From the IMG/VR virus record IMGVR_UViG_3300044797_000098, positions 1-64,000 of that record: a stretch of 64,000 bases of DNA, one strand, 5' to 3'. This document shows positions 10,796 to 20,138 of the stretch, in pieces (the first letter of the stretch is position 1; every line of letters starts with the position of its first letter). A model generated the notes under the pieces. That model ran no database searches, was not told the DNA's origin, and saw nothing but the letters and a program-made list of their open reading frames with translations. The position numbers were made by a program, and so were the translations under genes.

Positions 10796-10941
10796 TGTTG
10801 TTTTCCTTTGTTGTTGTGTGTCTTCGTGTCAGTTTCGTTGTTGTTTGTTGCGGGGCGTTATTGCCTCGCGATGGGTAGAATATAGCAACGGTTCGAAAAC
10901 CGTCAAGTGCGCAAGCGAAGAAAAGATCGGGACGGAAGGTT

Positions 10942-11208
10942 TCATAGGACTGGCGAGCACTTATGCGTGCCCGACTTGTTAGAGCGGAAGCAAGACGGAC
11001 AGCACGCATAGGGGAACCACGTTGCAATCGGAGTGTCGCACCGAGCGCAAGCGTTCGTCTCTCCTCTATTGTCGGGCTGGACGTTCTCGCCTACATCGCA
11101 CACCGGACAATACAGTTCCTCACAGATTTCCAGCAAGGGTGAATTACAAGCATCGCACATACCACTACGAATATGGTTGCGTGTGTGGATGTAAGATACA
11201 GTGCCCAT
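10942..11208 (-). CDS. Small zinc-finger protein
   Basis: Four CxxC pairs. Confidence 0.55.
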   Translation of the reverse strand: MGTVSYIHTRNHIRSGMCDACNSPLLEICEELYCPVCDVGENVQPDNRGETNACARCDTPIATWFPYACCPSCFRSNKSGTHKCSPVL

Positions 11209-11210
11209 AA

Positions 11211-11429
11211 TTATTCCTTGCAGTGCTTAAGGCACAAGTTGTATTCTCTTTGAACAAACTCAACGCACTCTTGAACTTCTTTACAGTCTTGCAGTTTCGG
11301 GCTCCACGTTGAGATACACTTCTCTTGGCACGTCTGCTTGCCTGCTTCGACATTCGTAGATGCGAATGCAAACACGATGATACCAATGATCAATACGAAC
11401 GATGCGATGTTAGATTGTGTTTTAGTCAT
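11211..11429 (-). CDS. Small secreted or membrane-anchored Cys-rich protein
   Basis: N-terminal hydrophobic helix, CxxxC motifs. Confidence 0.55.
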   Translation of the reverse strand: MTKTQSNIASFVLIIGIIVFAFASTNVEAGKQTCQEKCISTWSPKLQDCKEVQECVEFVQREYNLCLKHCKE

Positions 11430-11773
11430 TGAATTGCTCCGAGGTCATCACCAAAATCAAGAGAGTTAGTGTCATCTGCTACTTCTGCAATCGTAGCATA
11501 ACCAGAATAGTATCCATTACTGGCATCTTATGTCCAACAAACTCGTTGAACATCTGATTATCGTTTTCACCATCACAAAAATCATCACGATCGAAGTCGG
11601 TGTATTTTGTGAAGTCAATTGGATTACTCATTGCAATTCCTTTCGATTATACCAACAACCTCTTTGCTGACATCTTACATACGTTGATTTAGTTGTTAAG
11701 ATTGTATTGGGATTGATTATGAGAACGTATTCGCCACAGTATGATATGTGTTGAAGCAGTTCGCTATATCCCA

Positions 11774-12079
11774 TTATACATCAAACTCCAACAAACAAGC
11801 CAATGCACCAGTCGTCAATCGTTCCATCATCGGAACGGTCGGACGGGAATGAACTTCTTCCAATAGACTATGATCGACAAGCAGATCAAATCCATTGATC
11901 TTCTTCACGAGATCGAATGGAGTATGATCATCCAACGAGATCTCGTCTTCAATCAACTCATCATCATTGACATCGATGAACGGATCGCTTTCGATCTTCG
12001 CAACTGCCTTGAACTCTTGCGTTCGCTTTGCAGGACGAGGGGGTGTTTTTACTGATAGCAACGTTGTCATCTTAACCAT
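11774..12079 (-). CDS. Small acidic protein directly downstream of the terminal CRISPR repeat (likely start MVKMTT)
   Basis: GGAG Shine-Dalgarno precedes the ATG at 12079; D/E-rich middle. Confidence 0.6.
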   Translation of the reverse strand: MVKMTTLLSVKTPPRPAKRTQEFKAVAKIESDPFIDVNDDELIEDEISLDDHTPFDLVKKINGFDLLVDHSLLEEVHSRPTVPMMERLTTGALACLLEFDV

Positions 12080-12129
12080 TTCTCCATTTCGTCTCAATCT
12101 TTAGGGTGTTGAGCAACCGTTATACCTAC

Positions 12130-12158
12130 AATATACTCACACTATACAATTTTGTCAA
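12130..12158 (-). promoter_or_regulatory. Sigma70-like promoter inside the array, upstream of the last repeat
   Basis: TTGACA (12153-12158)-17 nt-TATATT (12130-12135). Confidence 0.7.
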
Positions 12159-12164
12159 GACTCA

Positions 12165-12225
12165 CGTCATATAAACTTATGAGCCTGAGTTTCGATCTTA
12201 TAGGGCGTCGAACAACCATTACTAC
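12165..12225 (-). ncRNA. crRNA-like regulatory RNA (variant repeat plus a guide against the cas12 promoter)
   Basis: Variant repeat keeps its stem through compensatory changes; the first 11 guide nt TCAGGCTCATA equal 14465-14475, next to a TTG PAM. Confidence 0.8.
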
Positions 12226-12484
12226 TCCTCTCAATCTTTAGGGTGTTGAGCAACCATTACTACATGATGGCATTCATCTTTTAGTTGATGGAGGATTGTC
12301 AGTCTCAATCTTTAGGGTGTTGAGCAACCATTACTACCTGATAGTTCTCACTGCATCGGAGCCGGATAATGCCGTCTCAATCTTTAGGGTGTTGAGCAAC
12401 CATTACTACCAACTTGATAACAAACGTATCTATGGAAAAGAACGATTAGTCTCAATCTTTAGGGTGTTGAGCAACCATTACTAC

Positions 12485-12605
12485 CAGTGTCGAAAATTAC
12501 TTCGTGATTTCAACCACTTACGATAGCGTTTTCGAGCACCTCTTCCTGACCCGTCTCTTGGCAACTATACTAACCCAAGAGACGGGTTTGTCAAGTGGCA
12601 CCTAA
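12485..12605 (-). promoter_or_regulatory. CRISPR leader with promoter and inverted repeats
   Basis: TTGACA-16 nt-TAGTAT (12567-12594); perfect 13-bp inverted repeat 12549-12561/12575-12587; 7-bp inverted repeat TCGAAAA/TTTTCGA at 12490-12535. Confidence 0.65.
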
Positions 12606-14402
12606 CTATGCGACTTCCATAAGGGTTTCCTCATTGCGAGCACCCTCGGGGGTTTTGGCGTCGCCTGACCGCTCGCGCTCAAGTCCGCGGTCAAGGATAT
12701 TGTTTGATGCATTCTCATCTCGATCATGTTCAACACCACAACCTTGACAAAAATACTTCAACATACCTTTGATATCATCATTGTAATAATGACATATTCC
12801 GCATTCTTTTGAAGTGCCACGAGCATCAACTTCGATATATCCTTCTGTCTTTCCTCTGCTACGCAATGCGTTCTTACACGCATTACGAAACTCACTTGGT
12901 GCAGTCAGTTGCCTATTAGTGCTTCCAGCATTACCTCGTGCAAGGTTAGACAGATTGATGTCCTCGAAAACAATCGAACCGTATTGATCAGCAAGTTTTG
13001 CTGCCAACTTACGATACTCTTCGTTTCGATATCCAACTCCGCGATTGCGTTGCGAAGAAGCCCACTGCCATAGATGGTGATCATGATATCTCCATCCCGC
13101 AATACCAGTTCCTTTTGTTAGTGTTTTCGTTTCTTTATTCCACGAACCACTAATACCATAAATCTCTTCATCTCCCGCAAAACGATTGGTTGACCATTGT
13201 TTCACCAATCTTGCAAGACGACCTTGCGATCTCCACTTATCCAAGTGTTCACATTCTTTCGTGAGCCATTCGGGCAAGTTTTCTTTTCCAGTCATCCATT
13301 CAACTAATGATTTACGAACAGCATCGAACTCCTTATCTCGAATGCTTTCGATTTCGTTAGCCTTTGATAGTGCTGCAATGACACTTGATGGGACACGAAT
13401 ATCCCATTCCTTATTATCAGTTCCTTTACCATATCCAATGCGAACCGATCCGTCTTGCATATCGCGCCAACCAAGATCAATACCAACGCACGATTGATTG
13501 TTGTGTGCAATTGTATTTTGATTGTCATTGAACGTAATAGACACCGTCCAATGTTCTCGTGCTCCAATCTTATTGCAACATACCTGTACAACCTGAATAA
13601 CGCTTCCAGTAGGAATATCACGATGATATACCATTGGAAACTCTGCCCAGATAGGCTTACGATCATTGTCGGTTCCAATACGGAGACGGAACAATCGCAA
13701 GTCTTTCTTACCAACCTTACGCATCGTTCCATCTACCTTTACAATTGGAGCAGGCATAGGAATGATCCGAACCATCTTGCTTGATGCTTCAATGCCAATG
13801 ACCTTATCAATAGGTTCATTGGGTTGAAACTGCTGAATACCAACACGACCTTCACCAAGATATGAACGGAAACGAGGATCATTCGGTTCAACACCATCAT
13901 ACAATGGCATCTTACGAGTTTTCTGAAACGCATCCTCAATCAACATATACGTTCCATACCACGGAGCAATATCACTCTTGCGAACCTCTGCAATCTTTAG
14001 GTTCGCTTGCTGATCAATAGCAGTTCGTTTTGCTTTGATATCCTCATTGCTACGAAGCAATCTGCGTGCTTCAATAAGTTTCGAGTTGATTTCTTTGCGA
14101 GCCTTCTTTGCATCCCTCAGTTCTTGCTTCATCTCATCGGTTGCAACGCGAGTGCGAGCATCCGCATTAGCTCGTTTGTTCCTCTTGTCGAACGCAATAA
14201 CCTTATCATCCGCTTCCTTTACTGCGACTTCCAGTTCAGGAATATCACCTGCTTGTCGTTCAATGGTTCGGATTTCATTTCTCCTCCATCGTTCAATCTC
14301 AATAAGTTTGTTTTGGTAATTGTGTCCCTTTCTAATCTGCTCCATAACAAGATCATGGTTCAGTGTGGGTGCCAGAAGTCCTAACTTGAAGGTGCGTGTC
14401 AT
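12606..14402 (-). CDS. cas12m: Compact type V CRISPR effector, Cas12m-like (subtype V-M / V-U1)
   Basis: 598 aa next to the array; long coiled-coil REC insertion, WYGTY and GEGRVGIQ segments, RuvC-I GIDLGWR, KWRSQGRL, RuvC-II VFEDINL, TAPSEFR, zinc finger, RuvC-III DRDENA; collinear with the Cas12m proteins as I recall them. Confidence 0.8.
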   Translation of the reverse strand: MTRTFKLGLLAPTLNHDLVMEQIRKGHNYQNKLIEIERWRRNEIRTIERQAGDIPELEVAVKEADDKVIAFDKRNKRANADARTRVATDEMKQELRDAKKARKEINSKLIEARRLLRSNEDIKAKRTAIDQQANLKIAEVRKSDIAPWYGTYMLIEDAFQKTRKMPLYDGVEPNDPRFRSYLGEGRVGIQQFQPNEPIDKVIGIEASSKMVRIIPMPAPIVKVDGTMRKVGKKDLRLFRLRIGTDNDRKPIWAEFPMVYHRDIPTGSVIQVVQVCCNKIGAREHWTVSITFNDNQNTIAHNNQSCVGIDLGWRDMQDGSVRIGYGKGTDNKEWDIRVPSSVIAALSKANEIESIRDKEFDAVRKSLVEWMTGKENLPEWLTKECEHLDKWRSQGRLARLVKQWSTNRFAGDEEIYGISGSWNKETKTLTKGTGIAGWRYHDHHLWQWASSQRNRGVGYRNEEYRKLAAKLADQYGSIVFEDINLSNLARGNAGSTNRQLTAPSEFRNACKNALRSRGKTEGYIEVDARGTSKECGICHYYNDDIKGMLKYFCQGCGVEHDRDENASNNILDRGLERERSGDAKTPEGARNEETLMEVA

Positions 14403-14449
14403 TGGAGTTTTCTTTCGTAGTTGAGTGTTGTTGTCTCTTGCATACCACC

Positions 14450-14478
14450 AATATAATCACGCCCTATGAGCCTGACAA
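14450..14478 (-). promoter_or_regulatory. Sigma70-like promoter of the cas12 gene, overlapped by the regulatory target
   Basis: TTGTCA (14473-14478)-17 nt-TATATT (14450-14455). Confidence 0.75.
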
Positions 14479-14999
14479 GGGGTCGCATCAAAAAAAACTG
14501 ATTGTGGTAGCAGGTAGGAGATCATCGCACATCATCATGCCCCCATCCTTACTTGCGCGCAGACTTCACAAAAGAGAACCGTTGCGACTTGACCACTAAC
14601 ATTAGTGGTATCGAGATCAATACAAGACAGATCAATGAATGAGTTTGAGATATCGTTTCCACAATGTTTGCAGTTCATAACTATATCCTTTGTTTGTTTT
14701 TGATTTTCCCGCCCTTGTGCCAGAATGAACGGACACAATCGTCGAGCACAACCGCAGTTTTATAGGCGTTCAAGTGAATATGAATGAACGTCTTGATTGC
14801 AGTGATTATTGCGCTGAACATTTTGTGGGATTGATTGGTTGATGTTTTACGAACAACCTATCCGTGTTAGGATCGTAGAACGCCATCGCAATACCAGATA
14901 CAAGATTGCTATTGAGCATTTGATCTAATACCGCTTTCGCTTGCTTATCACCAGCGAGAATTAGGGCGTAGAGAGTGTTTTCTGAAAGACGCATTTGAA

Positions 15000-15752
15000 T
15001 TACCTATTGAGCATTCTCGAATTGCCAGCACCAAGACTGGCACCAAGATGCACGGATTTGCCTTGTTGTTGTCCCATGCCGAATGCATTACGATCTACTT
15101 GGCATTGCGAATTAGTCTTCGAGACACGAAGACCAGAATGCATCTTGAACATTGCATCCGTTGCTTCTTTCTCGCGCGCATTGATCTTGACAATCGCAGT
15201 GCTACTGGCTTGTTGCTGAACCTCTGCGCGACTTGCACTCAACTGCATACGCACACCGGACACGAAACCAATGCAGTATGATTGCACGAACACACGTCCC
15301 TTACCCTTGGCTTCAATGGCAGAGAGACGAGTGCATTCAGCAGAAAGATACGCGAACATATAACGCGTTATGCCGATGTCAGACCGTCGTCCAACAAGAC
15401 GATAGCGAGACACTTTGCGTCCATTAGAATACACAGCATTGGTGTCGAGATCAACCTTCATATCAACGGTCGTATCATTCCACACTGCGCATCCATAATG
15501 AGAAGCAAGAGCCATAATAAGAGACGATTTCCATTGTGTGATTTTCCCTGTCTCGTAGATATAGCCATCATCTTCTTCGATGGGCTCGGACACATTCCCA
15601 TCGGTTCCTTCCAACTCCGCAGTCGAAAGACGATATTGATCCATCAACTTGTTCGCCATTGCAGCAGCAACTGCTGCTTCATTGGCATTAGAACTCTGGC
15701 TCAATGCCAGCAGTTTCTTGACCTTCTCAATCACAGCATTGATATCAGACAT
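15000..15752 (-). CDS. DUF2786-family phage protein
   Basis: N-terminal IEKVKKLLALS...NEA..A..MA.KLM.QY.LS signature. Confidence 0.8.
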   Translation of the reverse strand: MSDINAVIEKVKKLLALSQSSNANEAAVAAAMANKLMDQYRLSTAELEGTDGNVSEPIEEDDGYIYETGKITQWKSSLIMALASHYGCAVWNDTTVDMKVDLDTNAVYSNGRKVSRYRLVGRRSDIGITRYMFAYLSAECTRLSAIEAKGKGRVFVQSYCIGFVSGVRMQLSASRAEVQQQASSTAIVKINAREKEATDAMFKMHSGLRVSKTNSQCQVDRNAFGMGQQQGKSVHLGASLGAGNSRMLNR

Positions 15753-17173
15753 TATTAATCTCCTATTTCAATATCATCGATCATATCGGTATCGGCTTGA
15801 ATATCCCACTGATTAAAATCCTCAACATCAAGCGCCTTCAAACCATTAAAAAAGGTTGAAGCGATCGATGCACTTCCAAGTTATTCAATGAACGCTCAAC
15901 CAACGAGCGGAATTGTTCTATCGTTAGGTTCTTGTTATTGCACGATACAGAGAACACAATCGGAACAGTAATCCGCATTACACGATTGTGTTGCGCAGTA
16001 AACCTACCTCTTGACCATTGTCATTCTCCCTTTGAATATGACACGCACTATATCCAATCACAACTCCACCAAGCAACGCAATCGCACAAGCGCATAGTGC
16101 GGTGCCGAGAGTGATTAGAGTTTCAAGTTGATTATACATTGTTAGTTCTTAAAATCCGGGCGTTTAATGAACAACACAATCGTCTCTTTGTTTCCGTGTT
16201 GTTCAAGCAGACTTTTCAGCCAACTCGACTTGAATGTTAGCACATGGCCATGAGACACGGTCGAACAAGCAACACCATTGCGATTAACAAGTTCCATCAT
16301 AAAATCCACGGCATCATTCTTCTTATCGTCGGACATTGACATTCTCCGTTATGAGATATTATGATTGGTCTTGGTGTAATTATACGATCCAATGTTGGAT
16401 GCATTCTTGTCTGCAATCGCAACGATTACTGCACGCGCAATCACAACAGAAACGGTATCGTTTTCCTTCTCTGCTTTCATTAGGACATTGAATGCGAGAC
16501 CGTATAATTCCTGATCTTTTGCTGACATCATTGCGATTTCTCCCGAAGACATTCCTCAACCTCTTCATTGGCAACTTTAACAAGATCGTGATCAACTTCG
16601 CTTACATCAACTCTCTTTCGAGTTATTGCTTCTTTTCGTTCTATTCGTTTTAGACCAGCATTCATTAGTTGCTCGCTTAATCCATTAAGCAGTGATAGCA
16701 TACATATCACAAGCGATACGGGCCATATAAAACATACTAATGACCAAGATGGATATCTCCTGTTATCATACTTCTGAAAAGTCTTGGGGTAAAAATACGC
16801 AGTTCCATAAAACATGCTAACCGCAATGCCAATATATGCTTCAATGTAATTCGCAATGCTCATAGCCATCTCCTACTGCTTTGCTCAATACGACACCATA
16901 TCTCTATGATGTCGGGAAGAACAAGTCAATTACTATTTGGAATTGCTTGGCTTACGCGCGTTCGTAAGACCTTCATTCGCCTTCGCGAGACCCGTCTGCA
17001 CACCGTCAAGCGCAACCGTGCTGGCGGTATCAACCTGCGTTCCAACGGTCTTATTGACCGACGCTTCCGTCTTTGCGTCCATCTTGCTATGGACAACGAG
17101 AGTAATAACTGCACCAACAACAACACCTGCAACAAACCTTAGCATTGTGATATTCCTTTGTTAGATTGTTTGA

Positions 17174-17485
17174 TTACAAGGCGAAACCAGACAAGAACAC
17201 ATTCGTGATAGGATCACGATCCGTGATTGCTTCGCTTTTGTCTTCCCACTTATACTCGGCGAAGCAACCCTTATACTCCTCAAAACCTTCCTCGGCAATC
17301 TCACCACTCTCGTCAAGAGCAGTGTTGAGAAAACGAAGTCCATCATTCATCTCATCTACATTGATGAACTTGTCCTGCGCCTGATGCAGATACTCGAATT
17401 GCTTCGCAGAGATTTTGTCATTCGGAATGTAATAGAGTTCAGTGCGCTCGGGAATACATTCGAAGATCAATAGCGTGTATGACAT
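17174..17485 (-). CDS. Hypothetical acidic protein
   Basis: 103 aa in the co-oriented small-gene array. Confidence 0.55.
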   Translation of the reverse strand: MSYTLLIFECIPERTELYYIPNDKISAKQFEYLHQAQDKFINVDEMNDGLRFLNTALDESGEIAEEGFEEYKGCFAEYKWEDKSEAITDRDPITNVFLSGFAL

Positions 17486-18087
17486 TTAGTTGCTCTCTTT
17501 CTTTGCAGATCGATAGTATGCACGCTTCGCATCAGGATGATACGAAACCTTATAGCACTTCTCACCGCGACGAGTAATGTGGAAAGGAAGACACTCGTAG
17601 CATTCAAGAGACGAACAATCCATCGAAACGATCACACATCCGTAATCGCGTGTGATTAGTTCGTTGATGATGATTGTTGGTTGAGGAATGATTTGGTTCA
17701 TTACGAACTCCGTTTTGCTTTTATCAGATATATCGCAAGACTACCGCACATTGCGGATATACACAACTCACACACCTGATTAAAACGAGACATTGGCACG
17801 AACAAGAAAAGCGCAAGTGCTTCAATGGAAGCGAACGCGTTCAAGGCAATAACGATTTTGGCTCCTCGGCTCAGGATACATCTCCATTCGTCTTCGTAAT
17901 ATATGCACGAAGAGCGCTAACACCAGCATCATTCGTTGTTAACAATTCGCCTTCTGCATCGATTGTCTTTGTGATTAGACCATCAGCAATCAGATCATTA
18001 GCCCACATGTTTTCATTACTAGACAAGTCGCATTCAACCGAATGTTTGAGACATCGCAACAAGACAACGGCTTCTTGCTCATTGATA

Positions 18088-18384
18088 TTACGTGGCATTG
18101 GTCGCATCCTTCTTCGCTCTGAATGCCTTAGCATCATCCGCAATCTTCGTCAAGCCACGAGCCTGAATGATCTTGCGAAGAGACTTTGCGGTGTCGGCAA
18201 CATCTTTGGCATACTTCACGAGCGTATCCATGTCTTCCATAAGGGAAGGAGTAGCATCAAGACCAGGTGCGCCAAGGATACCATTAACATCCTTAATACG
18301 CTCCAATGCTTTGTGCAACTTGGGGCGTTCGCCTTGGCATAAGGAAACGAACTCTTGTTTTTCGAGACGAGTTTGTGCTGGCAT
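18088..18384 (-). CDS. Hypothetical protein
   Basis: GGAG RBS, 98 aa, helical composition. Confidence 0.55.
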   Translation of the reverse strand: MPAQTRLEKQEFVSLCQGERPKLHKALERIKDVNGILGAPGLDATPSLMEDMDTLVKYAKDVADTAKSLRKIIQARGLTKIADDAKAFRAKKDATNAT

Positions 18385-18801
18385 TGTTTTTTGCTCCTAT
18401 TGAATTGTTATAGATTGGGTATGTGGGCTTGGTGCCCAGCATCGTTGTAGCAGTCGCGGGCGCAACGGTCAAGGACGTGAGCGCATTATGGTGGGACGGT
18501 GTAGGTCGGGAGGCAATGTTCCCGCTCCTATACAATTCTATAATTAGGCTTCACGCCATCTACCTTGTCGGAGGTCGTCCTACCGTGATTGAATTGTTAT
18601 AGAATGGATTGGAATATAACGCACCCAATCTTATTTATGATCTTATTCAGGGGGTTGCGCTATATTATTTCTATCAATAAGATTTCATCTGGGGAAAGGA
18701 AACCACGAGACCCAGAATGGGTATCGGGGAAGGATAGGGTCTTAACACTTGTTAACGTTAAGACAACGTTAAGTTAAAGACCATTCTTCCGACATAGAGT
18801 T

Positions 18802-19134
18802 ATGAGATACAATAAGCCTCCTATCCCTAAGGAAGCATTGGTAGTTTTCGAGTTATGTTATGCATTACGATCCAATAACATTCAATTCGATCTTGAATAC
18901 TCAGATCGAGTTGTTGATTGGAATGTAGGAAACCATAAGGTAAGATTTGATATCGTCATAATCAAAAACGATACAATCGTTTGCATAATTGAATGTAAGC
19001 GTATTAAACAACTCACATCAGGAAGAAACAATCAGATCGTTAAGTATTCAACCTTTGGTGTTCCGGTGTTGTTGTGTAGGGGGATGAATGACATTCCTGC
19101 TACGGTTGCGAAGGTTCAATCATACCTTCGTTAG
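18802..19134 (+). CDS. PD-(D/E)xK endonuclease (DUF559/Vsr-like)
   Basis: RFDIVI...IIECK motif; oriented opposite to all neighbours. Confidence 0.6.
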   Translation: MRYNKPPIPKEALVVFELCYALRSNNIQFDLEYSDRVVDWNVGNHKVRFDIVIIKNDTIVCIIECKRIKQLTSGRNNQIVKYSTFGVPVLLCRGMNDIPATVAKVQSYLR

Positions 19135-19853
19135 TCCATCTTTGCTGCCATTGCGTCTTCGGGGCTTTCATACACCCAGCCTCCAACCCAATCCTCATAC
19201 ACCAATCGAATTATACTCATCACCGGAGTCAATTTGTTCCCCGTCAAGAACCCTATCAACCAGAGCATCAAGTTTGACTGCTACGCTTTGTAGGTCTTCG
19301 GACAATCTCATTGCTTGTTGCACTTTGACTTGCAAGTTGCATCCCTGTTCGTAAGTTAGTTCACTCATTCGTCGATTTCCTCACCTTCTGGCACGAGTTC
19401 AATCAATCCCATAATCAATGCTTGCTCTGCACCGACAACGGTATCGTTTTCGCATCCTTCACAATGGCATTCTTCGGCGTCCGGTTCAACCTCATGCATT
19501 GTAAAATCACAACACTCTGTGCAGAACCCCATATAGTTCTCGGTCGCATACACATACTCATCTTCGGTAATCTGCGTGGTCATTATACCCTCTCCTGAAC
19601 CTCATAGTTCCATTGATGTGCAAGAGCCATAGCAGCCGTGCGTGCGCTTGCAATATCACAACACTTCTCAACCGTCAATCGTGTCGGGTTCAATCCAACA
19701 CCAATCGCTTTGGCATCGTGAAAGATTGACACGTAGTATGTGTGTCCGGTATTATTCTCTGGGAGCCAATTAACAACAATGCCCCCTCCGCTTCGCAATG
19801 AAACGGCATCCTTCACTCTGCTGGCAAAACGGATGATACCCTCGTTTTGCCTA

Positions 19854-20138
19854 TCATTCGTCATCTTCATTGTTGTCATCCTCAACGAACTCAACATCGG
19901 GGAAGTATGTGATGTCTCCTTTGCCGAGACTATCCGTCTTGGCGTTCAGGAAACAACTTGCAACCTCATCCGCTGCATTAATGTCGACATCATACGTCGA
20001 TGCAATTAGATCTGCTCCAATTTCTTGGAGAGAGCCTTCGATCATTAGGCAATACTGATTGCCCATTCCTCGTCCGCAATACGAACGACAATGGTATCCG
20101 GCGTCCTGCAAAATCTCTTGAATGATATGCTTATCCAT
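19854..20138 (-). CDS. Hypothetical protein
   Basis: 94 aa; shares a 38-bp segment with 20483..20704. Confidence 0.6.
   Translation of the reverse strand: MDKHIIQEILQDAGYHCRSYCGRGMGNQYCLMIEGSLQEIGADLIASTYDVDINAADEVASCFLNAKTDSLGKGDITYFPDVEFVEDDNNEDDE

Larger units (their letters stand above)
12091..12484 (-). CRISPR. Type V mini CRISPR array: 4 near-identical 36-nt repeats plus 2 divergent repeats; 3 ordinary spacers
   Basis: Repeat GTAGTAATGGTTGCTCAACACCCTAAAGATTGAGAC at 12449-12484, 12374-12409, 12302-12337 and 12228-12263 (1 mismatch); spacers of 39, 36 and 38 nt; variant repeats at 12189-12225 and 12091-12126. Confidence 0.97.
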
